Shown: piece by piece, positions 47,310 to 55,727 of the stretch | Layout: every line of letters begins with the position of its first letter | Numbering within the stretch: position 1 is the stretch's first letter | From: a virus | Taxonomy: Duplodnaviria > Caudoviricetes | Length of the DNA: 64,000 nt | Strand: one strand, 5' to 3' | Virus record (IMG/VR): IMGVR_UViG_3300050507_000132 | Location: 1-64,000 of that record | The notes under the pieces: generated by a model | Told to the model about the DNA's origin: nothing | Database searches by the model: none | What the model saw: only the letters and a program-made list of their open reading frames with translations | Made by a program: the position numbers and the translations under genes

Positions 47310-47411
47310 GCCCGGCGTACTTCTGAGAAGTAATCTGGTCCGGCGGGTTTGCCTCCGCCGGGCCGGGTATGATTTAGTTAAAGCACCACCGACCAAGGAA
47401 GCGAGAACACC

Positions 47412-48584
47412 ATGACCGACACCCTCCGCAAGACGGACTTCGAGACCCTCCTCGCCACGCTGGACGAGCAGCAGGAGCGCAAGGTCGACGTGATCCTCCC
47501 GGCGACCAACCTGTGCTTCAAGGACGGCAACCTGCGGGTGCTGCGCTCCGACCTGGAGCCTGAGCTGACGGCGGACGGCGTCAAGAGCCCGGTCCAGGTG
47601 TTCGCCCCCAACGAGGTGTTCGACCAGGGCTTCGCGGACCGGCTCGGGGGTCCGGTGACCGCCAGCTTCATCCGCAAGCTGCGGGCCGAGGGCTGGACGG
47701 ACATCCTCGACGGCACGCTGAACGCACTGATCCACGGCAAGCGCACCGGCGAGGACGAGTGGATGCGCGAGCCGCAGACGAAGTCGGTCCTTCTCCGTGC
47801 GTTCAAGGACGCCGACGGCGGTCAGACCGGAACGGCCCGCGCGCTGCTCAGCAACGCGTACAAGATCATCGACCACGTCGACACGCTGCGGGCCGCGATG
47901 CAGGGCATGCGGGCCGCAGGGCTCGGCGCTGAGAACGTCACCCAGTGCGACCTGACCGCCCGGCGCATGTACGTCACGGTCGAGGTCCCGGAGGTCCGGG
48001 CGCAGGCCGCCACGCTGCTGAAGGACTACGTCTCGCCCTTCACCGGCAACCGTGGTGCGGACAACCCGATCGTGCACGCGGGGTTCGTGCTCGGCAACTC
48101 GGAGGTCGGTGACGGGACGTTCTTCCTGTACCCGCGCATCGTCGCCGAAGTCTGCACGAACGGCATGACGATCAAGAAGGACGTCGGTGCGCTGGTCCAG
48201 CGGCACCTCGGAGCCCGGCTGGACGACGGCCTGGTGACCTACAGCGACGCGACCCACCGCGCCAACCGCGAGCTGATCACCCGCATGGCGGAGGACACGG
48301 TCCGGACCTTCCTGACCGAGGACTACCTCCACAGTGTGGTCCGCAAGCTGGAGGAGAAGGCCGGGGAGCCGGTCGCCAAGCCGGAGGCCGCGATCAAGGA
48401 GGTCACCCGGAAGCTGGAGATCCCCGCCCTGTACGACGACGTGCTGACGCACTTCATCAAGGGCGCGGACCTCAGCCGGGGTGGCATCATGCACGCAGTG
48501 ACGGCCGCCGCACAGTCGGCCGACCTGGACGCCGACACGGCGTTCAAGATGGAGGAGCGCGCCACGGCGATGCTCCTCGGATAA
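47412..48584 (+). CDS. DUF932-like phage/plasmid protein
   Basis: LLSNAYKIIDH...GFVLGNSEVG.G....PR....CTNGM. Confidence 0.7.
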   Translation: MTDTLRKTDFETLLATLDEQQERKVDVILPATNLCFKDGNLRVLRSDLEPELTADGVKSPVQVFAPNEVFDQGFADRLGGPVTASFIRKLRAEGWTDILDGTLNALIHGKRTGEDEWMREPQTKSVLLRAFKDADGGQTGTARALLSNAYKIIDHVDTLRAAMQGMRAAGLGAENVTQCDLTARRMYVTVEVPEVRAQAATLLKDYVSPFTGNRGADNPIVHAGFVLGNSEVGDGTFFLYPRIVAEVCTNGMTIKKDVGALVQRHLGARLDDGLVTYSDATHRANRELITRMAEDTVRTFLTEDYLHSVVRKLEEKAGEPVAKPEAAIKEVTRKLEIPALYDDVLTHFIKGADLSRGGIMHAVTAAAQSADLDADTAFKMEERATAMLLG

Positions 48585-48669
48585 CACCCGAGACGACCGG
48601 AGGGGATACGCCCCCACGTACCCTCCGGTCAGCCGGGCCCGGCAACCCCCCGCCGGGCCCGGCGCTCCG

Positions 48670-48747
48670 TCCCTCGTAGCTCAGTTGGCAGAGCTGCCCC
48701 TGCGTGACCTAGGGGCGTAGACGCTGGTTCGAACCCAGCCGAGGGAG
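48670..48747 (+). tRNA. Atypical tRNA (11-nt anticodon loop; identity uncertain, possibly TGA/Ser)
   Basis: TCCCTCG/CGAGGGA acceptor, TAGCTCAGTTGGCAGAGC D-arm, GCTGG-TTCGAAC-CCAGC T-arm; no encoded CCA. Confidence 0.65.
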
Positions 48748-48950
48748 CGCAAGGCAGACCGTTCAGCGACGCGAGACAGCCTCCCCCGCCACAGCCAGTG
48801 GGGCACGGGGGTCAAGGAGAAGTCGTCGCCGACCGGGCCACGTAACGGCCCCCTCTGCGCCCGGAGGATGAACGGGCGTCCCGTTAAAGGGGCGTACGAC
48901 CGGCCGGGGTCACCCGGTCCCGGCCGGATCACGAGACGAAGGAGTGTCGG

Positions 48951-49148
48951 ATGATTCAGCTCGGTGCACACACGTCGTGGACGAAGTCCAGTTACAGCAC
49001 CGGTACCGGCGCGTGTGTCGAGGTCCGTTCCACCGAGGCTACGGCCGTCGGTGTCACGGACAGCAAGGTCGACGACTCGCCCGCGCGGCCGGTCATGTCT
49101 GTGTCCCCGGCCGCGTTCACCGCGCTCATCGAGAGCGTGCGCGTCTGA
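48951..49148 (+). CDS. DUF397 family protein
   Basis: WTKSSYS...GACVEV...VGVTDSK...P...V...AFTALI. Confidence 0.85.
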   Translation: MIQLGAHTSWTKSSYSTGTGACVEVRSTEATAVGVTDSKVDDSPARPVMSVSPAAFTALIESVRV

Positions 49149-49303
49149 TCAATCGCACCACGGCCGGGCCTCGACGGGGCCCGGCCTCCGCACACGGAAG
49201 GTGGCGCTAACCCCGGCCACCGAAACCAAGGGGAGATCATCATGGCCATGGGCCGACACACACGGGACGACCAGCGGGTCCGGGACGAAGGGGCGGGGCA
49301 GCT

Positions 49304-49573
49304 GTGAAGCGGCCGACGCTGAAGGCGTTCCTAGCAATGTCCTACGGAGAGGTGCTGGACGACCCGTCCGTCTACTGGGACCTGGAGTTGCTGATCGCCG
49401 AGTGGGCCACCGGCAAAGAGCCGACCCGGGGCCAGCTTCCGGACGTCTCGGGCAGGAACTTCGCGTCCTGGCTGGACGATATGTGGGAGGACCGGACCGA
49501 GGAACCCGATGTCCCGGTCCAGAAGATCCTGGAATGCGCCGTGTCGGAGTGGTGCGGGGGGAGGACGTTCTGA
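49304..49573 (+). CDS. Hypothetical protein
   Basis: ORF in the chain. Confidence 0.5.
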   Translation: MKRPTLKAFLAMSYGEVLDDPSVYWDLELLIAEWATGKEPTRGQLPDVSGRNFASWLDDMWEDRTEEPDVPVQKILECAVSEWCGGRTF

Positions 49574-49938
49574 TGAGCGAGATCCCCGGAGAGCGCAAGG
49601 TCGAATCGCGCCGCAACTTCCACGGCTCCAAGGGGGAGCACCTGTTCCCCCACCCATCGACGTACGCACGCCGGTCGGAGTGGACCGGCTGGGACAAGGC
49701 GTACGCCGCTCATCTGGACCGGCATCGGGAGCTGGCCGACAACCCCGAGCCGATGGACGGCGACCACCCGGCCGCCGTCGCCCTGTTCGAGCACATCGAG
49801 GTGCTGAAGAAAATCATCGAGAACGAAAAGCGGCTCATCGTCGCAATCCGCCGGAAGGCAGCGCAGGGCCGGGAAGTCGACGAAGCCGAGCTGGAGGAGA
49901 CCCGGCGTGTGCTGCGTCAGGGAGGTGTCGACGTATGA
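49573..49938 (+). CDS. Hypothetical protein
   Basis: TGATG coupling. Confidence 0.5.
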   Translation: MSEIPGERKVESRRNFHGSKGEHLFPHPSTYARRSEWTGWDKAYAAHLDRHRELADNPEPMDGDHPAAVALFEHIEVLKKIIENEKRLIVAIRRKAAQGREVDEAELEETRRVLRQGGVDV

Positions 49939-50510
49939 GGACCGTGTTCCGCAACTCGGAGATCCCCGGCCGCATTCACGCCCTGCTGCCCTTCCTGTCC
50001 GTCGGCAAGCTGCCGGACGGAACACGGACCTGGTCGGGCCACTCCGGCCCGGCGATATCGGTTGGCCACCTGCCCCGCCGGTACCATGCTTCGGCTCGAG
50101 CGGCCGTGTACGTGGTCTACAGCCACGGCACGCCCATCGCATGGGTGCTGGAGGTCCAGCACGGAACATCCCCGTTCACGTACGCCGTGCCGGACGTCGG
50201 CTATTCGCCGACCACGGGTCAGCACCAGTACGCCTGTCTGGAAGCATGGGCGGATGAGCTGCGTCGGCAGGGCAACTACCGACGGTGGCCTGGCCGGAAC
50301 CGGGAGACCGTCCGCGTCCCCGGCAACGCGGAGGTCTACGGCCGGACCATCCGGGCCCGGTCCGGCGGAATCGACGGCGTTCGGCCGGGCGAAATCGTCG
50401 GTGCACCAGTTCGCCGGGAAGCGCGCCGGACGCTGGACGACTCCCCCCGCGACGGCGCACAGTCCGGGGGTCTTCCCGGCGACTGGACCGGGCATAAGGC
50501 CCATCCATGA
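49935..50510 (+). CDS. Hypothetical protein
   Basis: ATGA coupling; YVVYSHGTPIAW motif. Confidence 0.55.
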   Translation: MRTVFRNSEIPGRIHALLPFLSVGKLPDGTRTWSGHSGPAISVGHLPRRYHASARAAVYVVYSHGTPIAWVLEVQHGTSPFTYAVPDVGYSPTTGQHQYACLEAWADELRRQGNYRRWPGRNRETVRVPGNAEVYGRTIRARSGGIDGVRPGEIVGAPVRREARRTLDDSPRDGAQSGGLPGDWTGHKAHP

Positions 50511-50524
50511 ACCGGTGTTCACGA

Positions 50525-50568
50525 AACGGGTGTCCGTTCCCAAATCGGGACGGACACCCGTTCTTTCT
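50525..50568 (+). terminator. Intrinsic terminator
   Basis: AACGGGTGTCCGT / ACGGACACCCGTT stem followed by CTTTCT. Confidence 0.65.
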
Positions 50569-50623
50569 GCGTAGTGACTTTACGTACCTCAGGGTGGACG
50601 CTTAACAGAAATGGCGCGATCCC

Positions 50624-51016
50624 GTGGGAGGTAGGAGGTTGCTCGTATTCAACTTCTCCGCCGCTGAAGTGGTCTGGCAGGACAACGCGCGGTGCAGTGG
50701 CGCGCAGTTCAACTTCACTCCCGAGGCGGAGACGTGCAACGAACTGGAGTACGTCCGGGGGCAGTGGTGCAACCTCTGCCCCGTCCGGATCGAGTGTCTG
50801 GCCTATGCGTTGCTGTACCGGATGTCCGGCTACTGGGGAGGGACCGATACCGCCGAAAGGCGCAGGCTCTCCTATCCCCGCAATCGTGTCCGGTGTCCCG
50901 ACTGCAAGAGCAAGGCCGTTGTCCCCACCGAAGAGGGACAGGAGATCTGCCAGCACTGCGGTATGTCCTGGACTGGAGTCTCCCGCCCCCGCCTGCCCGA
51001 GGAGGCAGCCGGATGA
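50624..51016 (+). CDS. WhiB-family regulator with C-terminal Zn ribbon (start uncertain)
   Basis: WQDNARC...C..CPVRIECLAYAL...GYWGGT...ERR; CPDC...CQHC. Confidence 0.8.
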   Translation: MGGRRLLVFNFSAAEVVWQDNARCSGAQFNFTPEAETCNELEYVRGQWCNLCPVRIECLAYALLYRMSGYWGGTDTAERRRLSYPRNRVRCPDCKSKAVVPTEEGQEICQHCGMSWTGVSRPRLPEEAAG

Positions 51017-51198
51017 CCGTGAACGACGAACTACTGACCAAGGCTCTCCGACTTCAGGGAGACCTCGAGAGCCTGCGACAGAACATGGAAACCGGGAGCT
51101 ACCGCCCCGAGACAAAGTCGGCCATGGCCCGGGACATCTGTGAATCCCAGGCCCGGGTGCAGGCCATCATTCAGGCGTGCACCCTTTCGGCCGTCTGA
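51013..51198 (+). CDS. Hypothetical protein
   Basis: ATGA coupling. Confidence 0.45.
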   Translation: MTVNDELLTKALRLQGDLESLRQNMETGSYRPETKSAMARDICESQARVQAIIQACTLSAV

Positions 51199-52271
51199 CC
51201 CTTCTGTAGATCGCTGGCCCGGCTCCATGCCTCAATCCAGCGCCACGAGTGGTCACGCAGCCGGAGTTCTGCGGCCACGGTTCTTCCGGCCTCCGCGCGT
51301 TCGGCTCGGAGGCCGGGAGACGACACGAGACGTTCCAGGGCCCTGTGCCACCGGCGCGGCGTGTCGGCCAGCTCTCCGCAGCCCCGGCGGTGCAGACGCT
51401 CGTACTCCACACGGGGCGAGGCGACCCACGGCACCCCCAGTGCGGACATCTCCAAGGGCTTGAGCCACGACTTGCACGCGTTGAAGCGGGTGTCCGCGAG
51501 GGGCGCGATACCCACACCCAGCTCCGCTACGGCCGTCGGCCATTCGTCGATCTCCACTGGACGGAGAAGTCCTGGAGGGTCCTGAGGGAGCCCGAAAGCG
51601 TCTCCGACACCCGTCGGGTCACTCGTCACCCGAAAGGCCGTCCCTGCGGCGCACAGCCTCGCGACGGCCCCGCCTACGGCCGACGGGTCGTCCGGGTGGG
51701 AGTGCAAAGACGCGGGCCAGCCCACAACGGCGGAGTCTTCGTGGGGAACGCCGTAGTAGTGATCCGGCAGGTAGTTGAACAGCACGTGCCCCCGTCCGTG
51801 CGCGGCGTACCGCTGGAGAAGGGCGGGAGTCGAGACGGTGACCAGGGTTGCATCCCGGCAGGCCTGCTGGAGGTTGGCCCACGAATGCCGGTTGGGCTCC
51901 CGCGTCTTGGGGTCCAGGGCTCCGTCACTGCGGGGGTGATAGGCCTCATACGCGGGGTTGCGTGGGTGGATGGACCCCAAGTCGTCGTCCACGTCGATCA
52001 CGACGGCCGCGCCCTTGGACCGGATGATGGGCACGGCCTGAGCCATCCACCGGTGCGTGAGCCGCTGAAACACGTAGACCGCCCCGGGCTCGATATCGAG
52101 AACGTCGACCACCCGTTCCCCGTCGATCTGCATTTTTATGTCCCGGTCCTGCGGCGGACGCATCGTGATCTCCACGCCCGGCGCGCCGGACTTCAGCAGC
52201 TCATGCACTTGCCAGATAAGCCGGAAGTGACCGCACCCGGCCGTGTCCGCCGGGTACACCTTGATCTTCAA
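51171..52271 (-). CDS. GT-B (GT4-like) glycosyltransferase
   Basis: GCGHFRL; VIDVDDDL; TVST..L; GIAPLADTRFNACKSWLKPLE. Confidence 0.8.
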   Translation of the reverse strand: MKIKVYPADTAGCGHFRLIWQVHELLKSGAPGVEITMRPPQDRDIKMQIDGERVVDVLDIEPGAVYVFQRLTHRWMAQAVPIIRSKGAAVVIDVDDDLGSIHPRNPAYEAYHPRSDGALDPKTREPNRHSWANLQQACRDATLVTVSTPALLQRYAAHGRGHVLFNYLPDHYYGVPHEDSAVVGWPASLHSHPDDPSAVGGAVARLCAAGTAFRVTSDPTGVGDAFGLPQDPPGLLRPVEIDEWPTAVAELGVGIAPLADTRFNACKSWLKPLEMSALGVPWVASPRVEYERLHRRGCGELADTPRRWHRALERLVSSPGLRAERAEAGRTVAAELRLRDHSWRWIEAWSRASDLQKGQTAERVHA

Positions 52272-52308
52272 TTGTCCGTTCTCCTTGAGCGTTGTTCGGC
52301 CGCCGTGC

Positions 52309-52539
52309 TCAGCGTCCCTGAGTCCGGGTTTCCGCTGTACCGGCGGTGCCCTTTGCTTCGGCCGTACCGGCGTGAGCTTTGACGGCCGCCGTCTTGCGGG
52401 TCGCGGGAGTGCTCTTCGGTGCGGAGGACTCCAGCGCGCTCACCCGCGCCTCAAGCGCCTTGATGCGCTCCTCGTACTCGCCGGTGAGCGCGGACACCGC
52501 GTTCTCCACCAGGTCCCGTATCTGTGCGGACGCACTCAT
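52309..52539 (-). CDS. Small coiled-coil protein
   Basis: YEERIKALEARVSALE. Confidence 0.5.
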   Translation of the reverse strand: MSASAQIRDLVENAVSALTGEYEERIKALEARVSALESSAPKSTPATRKTAAVKAHAGTAEAKGTAGTAETRTQGR

Positions 52540-52542
52540 TCC

Positions 52543-53382
52543 TCAGCCCTCCATCAGCTTGAAGCGCAGTGCCGTCAGCTTGTCGGCCACGGCTTGTGAG
52601 ACCTGAGTCAGGTCGAGTGTGTCCAGCGCCTGCCGGACGGCGGAGAGCATCTCCCCGTTGGCCTTGGCCTGGGCGGTGACGACTGCGAGGCGCTCCAGAA
52701 GGTCCGCCTGACGCTTGTCGTCCCACCGCAGGAAGGTTCCGGCGCTGCGGTACGGGTCGACCCCCTGCGGGGCCGTGGGCGACGCCAGCTTGAAGTTCCA
52801 CACGGCGGAGGCAGCCGCGTCGGCCACCTTCTGGATCTCTTCTGCGGTCAGGGGCACGTCGTCCTCCTCGGGGACGTCTCCCGCGATCAGACGCGGAATG
52901 ATGATCTTGTTGAACTGCTCGACCCGCGCGTCTCCGGGGCATTCCGTGCCGCCGGTCGACCATTCGGGGTACAGGCGGTGGTAGCCGAAGCCGGGGTCGG
53001 TCCAGCTACGGCACTTGCGCCGGGGAATGCCGTGGTGAGTCGCAGCCCAGTCGGCGAGCCGAACCAGGGAGTTGATCTGAGCGTCGGTCCAGGGGTCGGT
53101 GTGCTTGAGGTTGGACGCCGTCTCGACGCTGATGGCCCGGTTGTTGGCCTGGTAGTTGGCGTCGGCCCGGGTGTCGGTTCCGATGAACTGACCGATCCGG
53201 CCGCTGTACTCGACGCCGAAGTGACTCTCCAGATTCGTACTGTCCCGCCAGTACTCGTAGATCCTTTCGATGGTCCACGGCGCGGCGATGCTGTGGAATA
53301 TGAACTGCGTGGGAGTGATGGCAGCCTGCGAGTCGGACTCCGGCTGAAGTTCCATCTTCACCGCAAAGGGGCACCAGCTCAT
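52543..53382 (-). CDS. Endolysin, N-acetylmuramoyl-L-alanine amidase
   Basis: FIFHS; SHFGV; ANYQAN..ISVET; GYH; TECPG. Confidence 0.85.
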   Translation of the reverse strand: MSWCPFAVKMELQPESDSQAAITPTQFIFHSIAAPWTIERIYEYWRDSTNLESHFGVEYSGRIGQFIGTDTRADANYQANNRAISVETASNLKHTDPWTDAQINSLVRLADWAATHHGIPRRKCRSWTDPGFGYHRLYPEWSTGGTECPGDARVEQFNKIIIPRLIAGDVPEEDDVPLTAEEIQKVADAAASAVWNFKLASPTAPQGVDPYRSAGTFLRWDDKRQADLLERLAVVTAQAKANGEMLSAVRQALDTLDLTQVSQAVADKLTALRFKLMEG

Positions 53383-53705
53383 CCGTCATCCCTTCCGTCC
53401 GACCGCATGGTGCGGAATACGAGCCATCCCTGATACATCATCATGGCTCCGATAACCGCCGCGAAGACGCCGCGCACCGCCCGGATCCATTCCTGGTTCG
53501 CGCCGGTCACGTAGTACACGATCACGATCAGCATCAGTACGGACAGCGAGGCCGCCTTCGTGACGAGCAGGCGGCCGATCCGGCTGCGCCACCATCCCTG
53601 CCGACGGGTGAGGAAAGGCATAACCGTGTACACCGCGATGAACAGCAGGCACCCCACCAGAGCAGCCAGGCTCCCGTAAAAGTTGATCGTCTCCCCCATG
53701 GTCAC
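53379..53705 (-). CDS. Holin-like membrane protein
   Basis: Three TMs, adjacent to the endolysin. Confidence 0.6.
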   Translation of the reverse strand: MTMGETINFYGSLAALVGCLLFIAVYTVMPFLTRRQGWWRSRIGRLLVTKAASLSVLMLIVIVYYVTGANQEWIRAVRGVFAAVIGAMMMYQGWLVFRTMRSDGRDDG

Positions 53706-53914
53706 CCTTCCGCACCCCCCAACGCTCGATGGATGCGCCGGGCGAAGTTGTTCTCACGCAGGAGTTTCTTGTGTGCCTGCACTTCACCCATGATGACAGG
53801 ATCGGCTTTCTGAACCTTCCGCCGCTCAGCTCCCAGGCGTTCCGCAGCTTTGCGCGCCTCGCGGGTCGCGCGGCGGACATCGTCCGGGTCAATCAGCTTC
53901 CGGCGCCACTTCAC
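53702..53914 (-). CDS. Small basic protein
   Basis: Coupled ORF in the lysis cassette. Confidence 0.5.
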   Translation of the reverse strand: MKWRRKLIDPDDVRRATREARKAAERLGAERRKVQKADPVIMGEVQAHKKLLRENNFARRIHRALGGAEG

Positions 53915-54200
53915 GGCTGCTCCCTTCGGGAAGCCCCGCAGCTTCTGGAATGGCCTCCAGTACTCGACGGGTCGTCTGTGCGGTCAGCATGAGAGCGGAG
54001 ATCTGTTCGTCCTTGTGGCGGTGCAGAGCCATGGAGCCCTCGTACAGACCACGGTAAAGCGTGATCTGTTCGTCCTTCGCCGCAAGGACAGTGTCCACCT
54101 GTTTGCGCGGGACGATGTCACCCCGCAGCAGCATCACCACCGCGAGGACGACGATGCTTCCGGCCCCCAGTGTGGGAGTGAGAAACGAGTTGTAGTCCAC
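53889..54200 (-). CDS. Membrane/coiled-coil lysis-cassette protein
   Basis: N-terminal TM, RGDIVPRKQVD; GGAGG SD. Confidence 0.55.
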   Translation of the reverse strand: MDYNSFLTPTLGAGSIVVLAVVMLLRGDIVPRKQVDTVLAAKDEQITLYRGLYEGSMALHRHKDEQISALMLTAQTTRRVLEAIPEAAGLPEGSSREVAPEAD

Positions 54201-54227
54201 GGGCCCCCTCCCTCGCGCCCCTGGGGG

Positions 54228-54758
54228 CTAGAACGGCACAACTATGATCTTCCGGTCGACGAACGTCCCGGTACCCGATCCCACACGGTACCGGCAGGTG
54301 AACGTATTGCTTCCCGATGTCAGACCGGTCTGGAGGAACGTCCCCGTCTCGCGGGTGCCGTTGGCGGTGGCGTTGCCGATGGCGGTCGCATCCGAGGCGG
54401 CCACGGAGGACGCTCCGGTGACGTCGTAGGACATCAGGGAACTCACGGTGGCGGATGAGTTCAGGTTGGCGTTGTACAGGGACACCAGAGCCGTGGATCC
54501 CGTCGTCACGGTGACGGCCGGACCCGTCGTGGCCAGGTCCGTGTAGGTGGCGCTGGTGGTGGTCTGACTGGTGGCGACGGTGGCTGTCTGCGGGATGCGT
54601 TCGGCGATCTGATTGGTGGCCGTCGTCGCGAAGATGCTGCCGGGGGTGGTGGCCTTGGCCGCCGGACACTCGTTCAGGTTGTCCCGGATGAACGTGTTGA
54701 ACTGTGCCGCCGTGAAGACGGATCCCGCCACGGCGGTCATGGGTGCGGTCCAGGCCAC
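54228..54758 (-). CDS. Minor tail / fibre-like protein, paralog 2
   Basis: MAWTAPMTAVAG..FTAAQFN.FIRDNLNE; Thr-rich. Confidence 0.6.
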   Translation of the reverse strand: MAWTAPMTAVAGSVFTAAQFNTFIRDNLNECPAAKATTPGSIFATTATNQIAERIPQTATVATSQTTTSATYTDLATTGPAVTVTTGSTALVSLYNANLNSSATVSSLMSYDVTGASSVAASDATAIGNATANGTRETGTFLQTGLTSGSNTFTCRYRVGSGTGTFVDRKIIVVPF

Positions 54759-54768
54759 GGCAACTCTC

Positions 54769-55308
54769 CTAGAAGGGAAGGACGATCAGCTCACGGGCCG
54801 CGAAGGTACCGGTGCCCGACCCGACGAGATACTTCATGGTGAATGTGTTGGACCCGGCGGTCAGGCCGGTGAACACGTGCGCCATGCCCATACGGAGGTT
54901 GTTGGCGCTGGCGATGCCGTCCATCTTGATCGCCCAGTTGGCACTCGCGGCCACGGAGGACGCGCCCGACACCGCGACCGAGACTTCGGCCGCGCCGTTG
55001 GTCAGGGAGTTCTGGATACGGGACGCGAAGAGCACCATGGCCAGCGTGCTGGTGGTGGCGGTGACGGTCGGACCGACTGTGGTCAGGTCCGTGTACGACG
55101 TCGAACTGGTGGACTCCGACGTTGTCACCACCTGGTTGGACATCTGCCGGGCAGCGATGGCGTTGGCGGCCGTGGACACGAAGAACTGTGCGGCGGCCGT
55201 CGCCTTGGCGGGGGCTGTCTCGTTCAGGTTGTCCCGGACGAACTGATTGAACTGCGCCGCCGTAAACGTCGCTCCGGAGATGGCGGTCATGGGGGCGGTC
55301 CAGGCCAT
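54769..55308 (-). CDS. Minor tail / fibre-like protein, paralog 1
   Basis: MAWTAPMTAISG..FTAAQFN.FVRDNLNE. Confidence 0.6.
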   Translation of the reverse strand: MAWTAPMTAISGATFTAAQFNQFVRDNLNETAPAKATAAAQFFVSTAANAIAARQMSNQVVTTSESTSSTSYTDLTTVGPTVTATTSTLAMVLFASRIQNSLTNGAAEVSVAVSGASSVAASANWAIKMDGIASANNLRMGMAHVFTGLTAGSNTFTMKYLVGSGTGTFAARELIVLPF

Positions 55309-55719
55309 TTACACCAGCCCCTTCAGGGGTTCGTTGCTGATGCCGTGTTCGTCGTTCTCGTCCATCAGGTCTTGGAGGGACTGTCCGTGCGGCAGGCGGA
55401 ACCGCACCGCCACCGGATGGTCGGCCGGGTACCAGTTGCGGTTGGCCGGGACAGGCCGGACCATCAGCACCGCGAGGATCTCCGTCCGCCTGCGAGGCCA
55501 TACGATCTTCGCCTGCATGCCGCAGTGCGAGCAGTGGAAGAAGGGCTTCTCCACGTCGCGGGGACCGTTCATGCGGCTGGCCTGGTAGAGGTACTCCACG
55601 TTTCCGCAGCCCGGCCGGTCGGGCTCAAGGCCGGGTCGGGGGCAGTCCGCCACCCACTCCCCTCCGTACACGTACGCACGTGCGCGGGGGACCGCTTCGT
55701 CGGGGACCTGGAAGGTCAT
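55309..55719 (-). CDS. Zn-finger-like protein in the tail module
   Basis: DCP...GCG...CSHCG. Confidence 0.5.
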   Translation of the reverse strand: MTFQVPDEAVPRARAYVYGGEWVADCPRPGLEPDRPGCGNVEYLYQASRMNGPRDVEKPFFHCSHCGMQAKIVWPRRRTEILAVLMVRPVPANRNWYPADHPVAVRFRLPHGQSLQDLMDENDEHGISNEPLKGLV

Positions 55720-55727
55720 GTCTCTCC

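Noticed and set aside
49570-49605. CTGATGA as a second hammerhead core (also at 18487 and 42458)
   Set aside because: No correctly placed GAAA or stems; the motif arises from TGATG stop/start overlaps or coding sequence.
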